Origin: the human T2T-CHM13v2.0 reference genome, Homo sapiens
Reading direction: 5' to 3' (one strand)
Assembly (NCBI RefSeq): GCF_009914755.1
Contig: NC_060930.1
Length of the DNA stretch: 64,000 nt
Shown: positions 24,531 to 36,500 of the stretch, piece after piece
How the letters are laid out: each line of letters opens with the position of its first letter
Numbering within the stretch: position 1 is the first letter of the stretch
Program-made: the position numbers and the translations under genes
Notes under the pieces: generated by a model
Seen by the model: only the letters and a program-made list of their open reading frames with translations
Told to the model about the DNA's origin: nothing
Databases searched by the model: none

Positions 24531-27500
24531 CTATGATAGAAAAGGAAACATCTTCATGGAAAACATAGATAGAATCATTCTCAGAAACAACTTTGTGATG
24601 TGTGCGTTGAACTCACCGTCTTTAACCTTTCTTTTGGTAGAGAAGTTTTGAAACACTCTCTTTGTAAAGTCTACAAGTGGATATTTTGAGCCCTTGGAGG
24701 CATTCTTTGGAAAAGGGAATGTCTTCACATAAAAGGCAGACGGAAGTGTTCTCAGAAACTGCTTTGTGATGTCTGTGTTCAACTCACAGAGTTTAACATT
24801 TCCTTTGATAGAGCGGTTTAGTAACCCTCTCTTTGTAGAATTTGGAAGTGTATACTAAGAGCGCTTTGAGGCCTATGGTAGAAAAGGAAATATCTTTCCA
24901 TAAAAGCTAGACAGAAGCAATCTCAGAAACTCCTTTGTGATGTCTGCATTCAACTCACCGAGTGGAACATTCCTCTTGAGAGAGCAGTTTGGAAACACTC
25001 TTTCTGTAGAATCAGCTTGTTTGTATTTGGACCTCCTTGAGGCCTTCGTTGGAAACGGGTTTTCATCTTATAAACCCAGACAGAAGAATTCTCAGAGTCT
25101 TCTTTGTGATGTGTGCTTTCAACTCACCGAGATAAAGATTTCTCTTGATAGAGCAATTTGGAAACACTCTTTTTGTAGAATTTGCAAGGGTACATTGAGA
25201 GCGCTTTCAGGCCTATGGTAGAAAAGGGAATATCTTTCCATAAAAGGTAGACAGAAGCAATCTCAGAAACTACTTTGTGATGTGTGCATTCAACTCACCG
25301 AGTGCAACGTTCCTCTTGACCGAGCAGTTTGGAAACATTGTTTCTGTAGAATCTGCAAGTGGATATTTGGACCTCTTTGAGGCCTTCGTTGGAAACGGGA
25401 TTTCTTCCTATAAACCCAGACAGAAGAATTCTCAGAGACTTCTTTGTGATGTGTGAATTCAACTCACAGTGTGGATCCTTCCTTTTGATAGAGCAGTTTT
25501 GAAACCCTGTTTTTGTAGTATTTCCAAGCGGATATTTGGAACGCCTTGAAGCGTATGGTAGAAAAGGAAATATCTTCCCATAAAACCTAGACAGAACCAA
25601 TCTCAGAAACGACTTTGTGATGTCTGCATTCAAGTCACAGAGTTGAACATTTCTCTTGATAGAGCAGTTTTGAAACCCTCTTTCTGAAGGATCTGCAAGT
25701 GGATATTTGGAACTCCTTTGGGTCTTCGTTGGAAACGGGATTTCTTCGTATAAATCTAGACAGAAGAATTCTCAGAAACTTCCTTGTGATGTGTGCATTC
25801 AACTCAGCGAGTGGCACCTTCCTTTGGATACAGCAGTTTTGAAACACTGTTTTTGTAGTATTTCCAAGCGGATATTTAGAGCGCCTTGAAGCCTATGCTA
25901 GAAATGGAAATATCTCCCCATAAAACCAAGACAGAAGCAATCTCAGAAACTAATGTGTGATGGCTGCATTCCACACACACGGTGGACCATTTCTCTTGAT
26001 AGAGCAGTTTTGAAACACTCTTTCTGTAGAATCTGCAAGTGGATAATTGGACCTCCTAGAGGCCTTCGTTGGAAACGGGATTTCTTCATCTAAACCTACA
26101 GAGAAGTATTCTCAGTAACTTCTTCGGATGTGTGCATTCGACGCACAGAATGGAACATTCCCTTTGATAGAGCAGTTTTGAGACACCGTTTTTGTAGAAT
26201 TCCCAAGTGGATATTTAGAGCACTTTGAAGTCTCTGCTAGAAAAGGAAACATCTTCATGTAAAAAGTAGATAGAATCGTTCTCAGAAAGTGCTTAGTGTC
26301 GTGTGCGTTCAACTCACAGAGTTTAACGTTTCTTTTGATAGAGCGTTTCTGAAACACCCTTCTTGTAGTAGCTGCAAGTGGATATTTGGACCTATTGGAG
26401 GCCTTCTTTGGAAATGGGATTTCTTCATGTAACTCTAGATTGAAGAATTCTCAGAAACTCCTTTGTGATGTGTGCATTCAATTCAAAGAGTGAAAGCTCT
26501 CTTTTCACAGAGCAGTTTTGAAACACTGTTTTTGTAGGATTTCCAAGGGGATATTTATAGCGCATTGAGCCTACGGCGGAAAAAGAAACATCTTCCTATA
26601 AAAACTAGACAGAATACTTCTCAGAATCTGCTTTGCGATGTGTGCGTTCAACTCACAGAGTAAAACTTTTCTTTTGATAGAGCAGTTTTGAAACACTCTT
26701 TTTGTAGTATTTGCATGTGTATATTTAGAGCGCATTGAAGCCCACAGTAGAAAAGGAAATAACTTCACCTAAAACCTAGACAGAAGCAATCTCAGAAACT
26801 ACTTTGTGATGTGTACATTCAACTCACAGAGTGGAACTTTCCTCTTTATAGAGCAGTGTTGAAACACTCTTTTTGTAGAAACTGCAAGTGGATATTTGGA
26901 CCTCTTTGAGGCCTTCGTTGGAAACGGGATTTCTTCCTATAACCCTAGACAGAAGAATTTTCAGAAACCTCATTGTGATGTGTGCGTTCATCTCACAGAG
27001 TGGAGTCTTCCGTTTGATAGAGAAGTTTTGAAACCCTGTTCTTGTAGGATTTCCAAGTGGATATTTAGACCACTTTGAAGCCTATGATAGAAAAGGAAAC
27101 ATCTTCATGGAAAACATAGATAGAATCATCCTCAGAAACAACTTTGTGATGTGTGCGTTGAACTCACCGTCTTTAACCTTTCTTTTGGTAGAGAAGTTTT
27201 GAAACACTCTCTTTGTAAAGTCTACAAGTGGATATTTTGAGCCCTTGGAGGCATTCTTTGGAAAAGGGAATGTCTTCACATAAAAGGCAGACGGAAGTGT
27301 TCTCAGAAACTGCTTTGTGATGTCTGTGTTCAACTCACAGAGTTTAACATTTCCTTTGATAGAGCGGTTTAGTAACCCTCTCTTTGTAGAATTTGGAAGT
27401 GTATACTAAGAGCGCGTTGAGGCCTATGGTAGAAAAGGAAATATCTTTCCATAAAAGCTAGACAGAAGCAATCTCAGAAACTCCTCTGTGATGTCTGCAT

Positions 27501-30500
27501 TCAACTCACCGAGTGGAACATTCCTCTTGAGAGAGCAGTTTGGAAACACTCTTTCTGTAGAATCAGCTTGTTTGTATTTGGACCTCCTTGAGGCCTTCGT
27601 TGGAAACGGGTTTTCATCTTATAAACCCAGACAGAAGAATTCTCAGAGTCTTCTTTGTGATGTGTGCTTTCAACTCACCGAGATAAAGATTTCTCTTGAT
27701 AGAGCAATTTGGAAACACTCTTTTTGTAGAATTTGCAAGGGTACATTGAGAGCGCTTTCAGGCCTATGGTAGAAAAGGGAATATCTTTCCATAAAAGGTA
27801 GACAGAAGCAATCTCAGAAACTACTTTGTGATGTGTGCATTCAACTCACCGAGTGCAACGTTCCTCTTGACCGAGCAGTTTGGAAACATTGTTTCTGTAG
27901 AATCTGCAAGTGGATATTTGGACCTCTTTGAGGCCTTCGTTGGAAACGGGATTTCTTCCTATAAACCCAGACAGAAGAATTCTCAGAGACTTCTTTGTGA
28001 TGTGTGAATTCAACTCACAGTGTGGATCCTTCCTTTTGATAGAGCAGTTTTGAAACCCTGTTTTTGTAGTATTTCCAAGCGGATATTTGGAACGCCTTGA
28101 AGCGTATGGTAGAAAAGGAAATATCTTCCCATAAAACCTAGACAGAACCAATCTCAGAAACGACTTTGTGATGTCTGCATTCAAGTCACAGAGTTGAACA
28201 TTTCTCTTGATAGAGCAGTTTTGAAACCCTCTTTCTGAAGGATCTGCAAGTGGATATTTGGAACTCCTTTGGGTCTTCGTTGGAAACGGGATTTCTTCAT
28301 ATAAATCTAGACAGAAGAATTCTCAGAAACTTCCTTGTGATGTGTGCATTCAACTCAGCGAGTGGCACCTTCCTTTGGATACAGCAGTTTTGAAACACTG
28401 TTTTTGTAGTATTTCCAAGCGGATATTTAGAGCGCCTTGAAGCCTATGCTAGAAATGGAAATATCTCCCCATAAAACCAAGACGGAAGCAATCTCAGAAA
28501 CTAATGTGTGATGGCTGCATTCCACACACACGGTGGACCATTTCTCTTGATAGAGCAGTTTTGAAACACTCTTTCTGTAGAATCTGCAAGTGGATAATTG
28601 GACCTCCGAGAGGCCTTCGTTGGAAACGGGATTTCTTCATCTAAACCTACAGAGAAGTATTCTCAGTAACTTCTTCGGATGTGTGCATTCGACGCACAGA
28701 ATGGAACATTCCCTTTGATAGAGCAGTTTTGAGACACCGTTTTTGTAGAATTCCCAAGTGGATATTTAGAGCACTTTGAAGTCTCTGCTAGAAAAGGAAA
28801 CATCTTCATGTAAAAAGTAGATAGAATCGTTCTCAGAAAGTGCTTAGTGTCGTGTGCGTTCAACTCACAGAGTTTAACGTTTCTTTTGATAGAGCGTTTC
28901 TGAAACACCCTTCTTGTAGTAGCTGCAAGTGGATATTTGGACCTATTGGAGGCCTTCTTTGGAAATGGGATTTCTTCATGTAACTCTAGAGTGAAGAATT
29001 CTCAGAAACTCCTTTGTGATGTGTGCATTCAATTCAAAGAGTGAAACCTCTCTTTTCACAGAGCAGTTTTGAAACACTGTTTTTGTAGGATTTCCAAGGG
29101 GATATTTATAGCGCATTGAGCCTACGGCGGAAAAAGAAACATCTTCCTATAAAAACTAGACAGAATACTTCTCAGAATCTGCTTTGCGATGTGTGCGTTC
29201 AACTCACAGAGTAAAACTTTTCTTTTGATAGAGCAGTTTTGAAACACTCTTTTTGTAGTATTTGCATGTGTATATTTAGAGCGCATTGAAGCCCACAGTA
29301 GAAAAGGAAATAACTTCACCTAAAACCTAGACAGAAGCAATCACAGAAACTACTTTGTGATGTGTACATTCAACTCACAGAGTGGAACTTTCCTCTTTAT
29401 AGAGCAGTGTTGAAACACTCTTTTTGTAGAAACTGCAAGTGGATATTTGGACCTCTTTGAGGCCTTCGTTGGAAACGGGATTTCTTCCTATAACCCTAGA
29501 CAGAAGAATTTTCAGAAACCTCATTGTGATGTGTGCGTTCATCTCACAGAGTGGAGTCTTCCGTTTGATAGAGAAGTTTTGAAACCCTGTTCTTGTAGGA
29601 TTTCCAAGTGGATATTTAGACCACTTTGAAGCCTATGATAGAAAAGGAAACATCTTCATGGAAAACATAGATAGAATCATCCTCAGAAACAACTTTGTGA
29701 TGTGTGCGTTGAACTCACCGTCTTTAACCTTTCTTTTGGTAGAGAAGTTTTGAAACACTCTCTTTGTAAAGTCTACAAGTGGATATTTTGAGCCCTTGGA
29801 GGCATTCTTTGGAAAAGGGAATGTCTTCACATAAAAGGCAGACGGAAGTGTTCTCAGAAACTGCTTTGTGATGTCTGTGTTCAACTCACAGAGTTTAACA
29901 TTTCCTTTGATAGAGCGGTTTAGTAACCCTCTCTTTGTAGAATTTGGAAGTGTATACTAAGAGCGCTTTGAGGCCTATGGTAGAAAAGGAAATATCTTTC
30001 CATAAAAGCTAGACAGAAGCAATCTCAGAAACTCCTCTGTGATGTCTGCATTCAACTCACCGAGTGGAACATTCCTCTTGAGAGAGCAGTTTGGAAACAC
30101 TCTTTCTGTAGAATCAGCTTGTTTGTATTTGGACCTCCTTGAGGCCTTCGTTGGAAACGGGTTTTCATCTTATAAACCCAGACAGAAGAATTCTCAGAGT
30201 CTTCTTTGTGATGTGTGCTTTCAACTCACCGAGATAAAGATTTCTCTTGATAGAGCAATTTGGAAACACTCTTTTTGTAGAATTTGCAAGGGTACATTGA
30301 GAGCGCTTTCAGGCCTATGGTAGAAAAGGGAATATCTTTCCATAAAAGGTAGACAGAAGCAATCTCAGAAACTACTTTGTGATGTGTGCATTCAACTCAC
30401 CGAGTGCAACGTTCCTCTTGACCGAGCAGTTTGGAAACATTGTTTCTGTAGAATCTGCAAGTGGATATTTGGACCTCTTTGAGGCCTTCGTTGGAAACGG

Positions 30501-33500
30501 GATTTCTTCCTATAAACCCAGACAGAAGAATTCTCAGAGACTTCTTTGTGATGTGTGAATTCAACTCACAGTGTGGATCCTTCCTTTTGATAGAGCAGTT
30601 TTGAAACCCTGTTTTTGTAGTATTTGCAAGCGGATATTTGGAACGCCTTGAAGCGTATGGTAGAAAAGGAAATATCTTCCCATAAAACCTAGACAGAACC
30701 AATCTCAGAAACGACTTTGTGATGTCTGCATTCAAGTCACAGAGTTGAACATTTCTCTTGATAGAGCAGTTTTGAAACCCTCTTTCTGAAGGATCTGCAA
30801 GTGGATATTTGGAACTCCTTTGGGTCTTCGTTGGAAACGGGATTTCTTCATATAAATCTAGACAGAAGAATTCTCAGAAACTTCCTTGTGATGTGTGCAT
30901 TCAACTCAGCGAGTGGCACCTTCCTTTGGATACAGCAGTTTTGAAACACTGTTTTTGTAGTATTTCCAAGCGGATATTTAGAGCGCCTTAAAGCCTATGC
31001 TAGAAATGGAAATATCTCCCCATAAAACCAAGACGGAAGCAATCTCAGAAACTAATGTGTGATGGCTGCATTCCACACACACGGTGGACCATTTCTCTTG
31101 ATAGAGCAGTTTTGAAACACTCTTTCTGTAGAATCTGCAAGTGGATAATTGGACCTCCGAGAGGCCTTCGTTGGAAACGGGATTTCTTCATCTAAACCTA
31201 CAGAGAAGTATTCTCAGTAACTTCTTCGGATGTGTGCATTCGACGCACAGAATGGAACATTCCCTTTGATAGAGCAGTTTTGAGACACCGTTTTTGTAGA
31301 ATTCCCAAGTGGATATTTAGAGCACTTTGAAGTCTCTGCTAGAAAAGGAAACATCTTCATGTAAAAAGTAGATAGAATCGTTCTCAGAAAGTGCTTAGTG
31401 TCGTGTGCGTTCAACTCACAGAGTTTAACGTTTCTTTTGATAGAGCGTTTCTGAAACACCCTTCTTGTAGTAGCTGCAAGTGGATATTTGGACCTATTGG
31501 AGGCCTTCTTTGGAAATGGGATTTCTTCATGTAACTCTAGATTGAAGAATTCTCAGAAACTCCTTTGTGATGTGTGCATTCAATTCAAAGAGTGAAACCT
31601 CTCTTTTCACAGAGCAGTTTTGAAACACTGTTTTTGTAGGATTTCCAAGGGGATATTTATAGCGCATTGAGCCTACGGCGGAAAAAGAAACATCTTCCTA
31701 TAAAAACTAGACAGAATACTTCTCAGAATCTGCTTTGCGATGTGTGCGTTCAACTCACAGAGTAAAACTTTTCTTTTGATAGAGCAGTTTTGAAACACTC
31801 TTTTTGTAGTATTTGCATGTGTATATTTAGAGCGCATTGAAGCCCACAGTACAAAAGGAAATAACTTCACCTAAAACCTAGACAGAAGCAATCACAGAAA
31901 CTACTTTGTGATGTGTACATTCAACTCACAGAGTGGAACTTTCCTCTTTATAGAGCAGTGTTGAAACACTCTTTTTGTAGAAACTGCAAGTGGATATTTG
32001 GACCTCTTTGAGGCCTTCGTTGGAAACGGGATTTCTTCCTATAACCCTAGACAGAAGAATTTTCAGAAACCTCATTGTGATGTGTGCGTTCATCTCACAG
32101 AGTGGAGTCTTCCGTTTGATAGAGAAGTTTTGAAACCCTGTTCTTGTAGGATTTCCAAGTGGATATTTAGACCACTTTGAAGCCTATGATAGAAAAGGAA
32201 ACATCTTCATGGAAAACATAGATAGAATCATTCTCAGAAACAACTTTGTGATGTGTGCGTTGAACTCACCGTCTTTAACCTTTCTTTTGGTAGAGAAGTT
32301 TTGAAACACTCTCTTTGTAAAGTCTACAAGTGGATATTTTGAGCCCTTGGAGGCATTCTTTGGAAAAGGGAATGTCTTCACATAAAAGGCAGACGGAAGT
32401 GTTCTCAGAAACTGCTTTGTGATGTCTGTGTTCAACTCACAGAGTTTAACATTTCCTTTGATAGAGCGGTTTAGTAACCCTCTCTTCGTAGAATTTGGAA
32501 GTGTATACTAAGAGCGCTTTGAGGCCTATGGTAGAAAAGGAAATATCTTTCCATAAAAGCTAGACAGAAGCAATCTCAGAAACTCCTTTGTGATGTCTGC
32601 ATTCAACTCACCGAGTGGAACATTCCTCTTGATAGAGCAGTTTGGAAACACTCTTTCTGTAGAATCAGCTTGTTTGTATTTGGACCTCCTTGAGGCCTTC
32701 GTTGGAAACGGGTTTTCATCTTATAAACCCAGACAGAAGAATTCTCAGAGTCTTCTTTGTGATGTGTGCTTTCAACTCACCGAGATAAAGATTTCTCTTG
32801 ATAGAGCAATTTGGAAACACTCTTTTTGTAGAATTTGCAAGGGTACATTGAGAGCGCTTTCAGGCCTATGGTAGAAAAGGGAATATCTTTCCATAAAAGG
32901 TAGACAGAAGCAATCTCAGAAACTACTTTGTGATGTGTGCATTCAACTCACCGAGTGCAACGTTCCTCTTGACCGAGCAGTTTGGAAACATTGTTTCTGT
33001 AGAATCTGCAAGTGGATATTTGGACCTCTTTGAGGCCTTCGTTGGAAACGGGATTTCTTCCTATAAACCCAGACAGAAGAATTCTCAGAGACTTCTTTGT
33101 GATGTGTGAATTCAACTCACAGTGTGGATCCTTCCTTTTGATAGAGCAGTTTTGAAACCCTGTTTTTGTAGTATTTCCAAGCGGATATTTGGAACGCCTT
33201 GAAGCGTATGGTAGAAAAGGAAATATCTTCCCATAAAACCTAGACAGAACCAATCTCAGAAACGACTTTGTGATGTCTTCATTCAAGTCACAGAGTTGAA
33301 CATTTCTCTTGATAGAGCAGTTTTGAAACCCTCTTTCTGAAGGATCTGCAAGTGGATATTTGGAACTCCTTTGGGTCTTCGTTGGAAACGGGATTTCTTC
33401 GTATAAATCTAGACAGAAGAATTCTCAGAAACTTCCTTGTGATGTGTGCATTCAACTCAGCGAGTGGCACCTTCCTTTGGATACAGCAGTTTTGAAACAC

Positions 33501-36500
33501 TGTTTTTGTAGTATTTCCAAGCGGATATTTAGAGCGCCTTGAAGCCTATGCTAGAAATGGAAATATCTCCCCATAAAACCAAGACGGAAGCAATCTCAGA
33601 AACTAATGTGTGATGGCTGCATTCCACACACACGGTGGACCATTTCTCTTGATAGAGCAGTTTTGAAACACTCTTTCTGTAGAATCTGCAAGTGGATAAT
33701 TGGACCTCCTAGAGGCCTTCGTTGGAAACGGGATTTCTTCATCTAAACCTACAGAGAAGTATTCTCAGTAACTTCTTCGGATGTGTGCATTCGACGCACA
33801 GAATGGAACATTCCCTTTGATAGAGCAGTTTTGAGACACCGTTTTTGTAGAATTCCCAAGTGGATATTTAGAGCACTTTGAAGTCTCTGCTAGAAAAGGA
33901 AACATCTTCATGTAAAAAGTAGATAGAATCGTTCTCAGAAAGTGCTTAGTGACGTGTGCGTTCAACTCACAGAGTTTAACGTTTCTTTTGATAGAGCGTT
34001 TCTGAAACACCCTTCTTGTAGTAGCTGCAAGTGGATATTTGGACCTATTGGAGGCCTTCTTTGGAAATGGGATTTCTTCATGTAACTCTAGATTGAAGAG
34101 TTCTCAGAAACTCCTTTGTGATGTGTGCATTCAATTCAAAGAGTGAAAGCTCTCTTTTCACAGAGCAGTTTTGAAACACTGTTTTTGTAGGATTTCCAAG
34201 GGGATATTTATAGCGCATTGAGCCTACGGCGGAAAAAGAAACATCTTCCTATAAAAACTAGACAGAATACTTCTCAGAATCTGCTTTGCGATGTGTGCGT
34301 TCAACTCACAGAGTAAAACTTTTCTTTTTATAGAGCAGTTTTGAAACACTCTTTTTGTAGTATTTGCATGTGTATATTTAGAGCGCATTGAAGCCCACAG
34401 TAGAAAAGGAAATAACTTCACCTAAAACCTAGACAGAAGCAATCACAGAAACTACTTTGTGATGTGTACATTCAACTCACAGAGTGGAACTTTCCTCTTT
34501 ATAGAGCAGTGTTGAAACACTCTTTTTGTAGAAACTGCAAGTGGATATTTGGACCTCTTTGAGGCCTTCGTTGGAAACGGGATTTCTTCCTATAACCCTA
34601 GACAGAAGAATTTTCAGAAACCTCATTGTGATGTGTGCGTTCATCTCACAGAGTGGAGTCTTCCGTTTGATAGAGAAGTTTTGAAACCCTGTTCTTGTAG
34701 GATTTCCAAGTGGATATTTAGACCACTTTGAAGCCTATGATAGAAAAGGAAACATCTTCATGGAAAACATAGATAGAATCATTCTCAGAAACAACTTTGT
34801 GATGTGTGCGTTGAACTCACCGTCTTTAACCTTTCTTTTGGTAGAGAAGTTTTGAAACACTCTCTTTGTAAAGTCTACAAGTGGATATTTTGAGCCCTTG
34901 GAGGCATTCTTTGGAAAAGGGAATGTCTTCACATAAAAGGCAGACGGAAGTGTTCTCAGAAACTGCTTTGTGATGTCTGTGTTCAACTCACAGAGTTTAA
35001 CATTTCCTTTGATAGAGCGGTTTAGTAACCCTCTCTTTGTAGAATTTGGAAGTGTATACTAAGAGCGCTTTGAGGCCTATGGTAGAAAAGGAAATATCTT
35101 TCCATAAAAGCTAGACAGAAGCAATCTCAGAAACTCCTTTGTGATGTCTGCATTCAACTCACCGAGTGGAACATTCCTCTTGATAGAGCAGTTTGGAAAC
35201 ACTCTTTCTGTAGAATCAGCTTGTTTGTATTTGGACCTCCTTGAGGCCTTCGTTGGAAACGGGTTTTCATCTTATAAACCCAGACAGAAGAATTCTCAGA
35301 GTCTTCTTTGTGATGTGTGCTTTCAACTCACCGAGATAAAGATTTCTCTTGATAGAGCAATTTGGAAACACTCTTTTTGTAGAATTTGCAAGGGTACATT
35401 GAGAGCGCTTTCAGGCCTATGGTAGAAAAGGGAATATCTTTCCATAAAAGGTAGACAGAAGCAATCTCAGAAACTACTTTGTGATGTGTGCATTCAACTC
35501 ACCGAGTGCAACGTTCCTCTTGACCGAGCAGTTTGGAAACATTGTTTCTGTAGAATCTGCAAGTGGATATTTGGACCTCTTTGAGGCCTTCGTTGGAAAC
35601 GGGATTTCTTCCTATAAACCCAGACAGAAGAATTCTCAGAGACTTCTTTGTGATGTGTGAATTCAACTCACAGTGTGGATCCTTCCTTTTGATAGAGCAG
35701 TTTTGAAACCCTGTTTTTGTAGTATTTCCAAGCGGATATTTGGAACGCCTTGAAGCGTATGGTAGAAAAGGAAATATCTTCCCATAAAACCTAGACAGAA
35801 CCAATCTCAGAAACGACTTTGTGATGTCTGCATTCAAGTCACAGAGTTGAACATTTCTCTTGATAGAGCAGTTTTGAAACCCTCTTTCTGAAGGATCTGC
35901 AAGTGGATATTTGGAACTCCTTTGGGTCTTCGTTGGAAACGGGATTTCTTCATATAAATCTAGACAGAAGAATTCTCAGAAACTTCCTTGTGATGTGTGC
36001 ATTCAACTCAGCGAGTGGCACCTTCCTTTGGATACAGCAGTTTTGAAACACTGTTTTTGTAGTATTTCCAAGCGGATATTTAGAGCGCCTTGAAGCCTAT
36101 GCTAGAAATGGAAATATCTCCCCATAAAACCAAGACGGAAGCAATCTCAGAAACTAATGTGTGATGGCTGCATTCCACACACACGGTGGACCATTTCTCT
36201 TGATAGAGCAGTTTTGAAACACTCTTTCTGTAGAATCTGCAAGTGGATAATTGGACCTCCGAGAGGCCTTCGTTGGAAACGGGATTTCTTCATCTAAACC
36301 TACAGAGAAGTATTCTCAGTAACTTCTTCGGATGTGTGCATTCGACGCACAGAATGGAACATTCCCTTTGATAGAGCAGTTTTGAGACACCGTTTTTGTA
36401 GAATTCCCAAGTGGATATTTAGAGCACTTTGAAGTCTCTGCTAGAAAAGGAAACATCTTCATGTAAAAAGTAGATAGAATCGTTCTCAGAAAGTGCTTAG

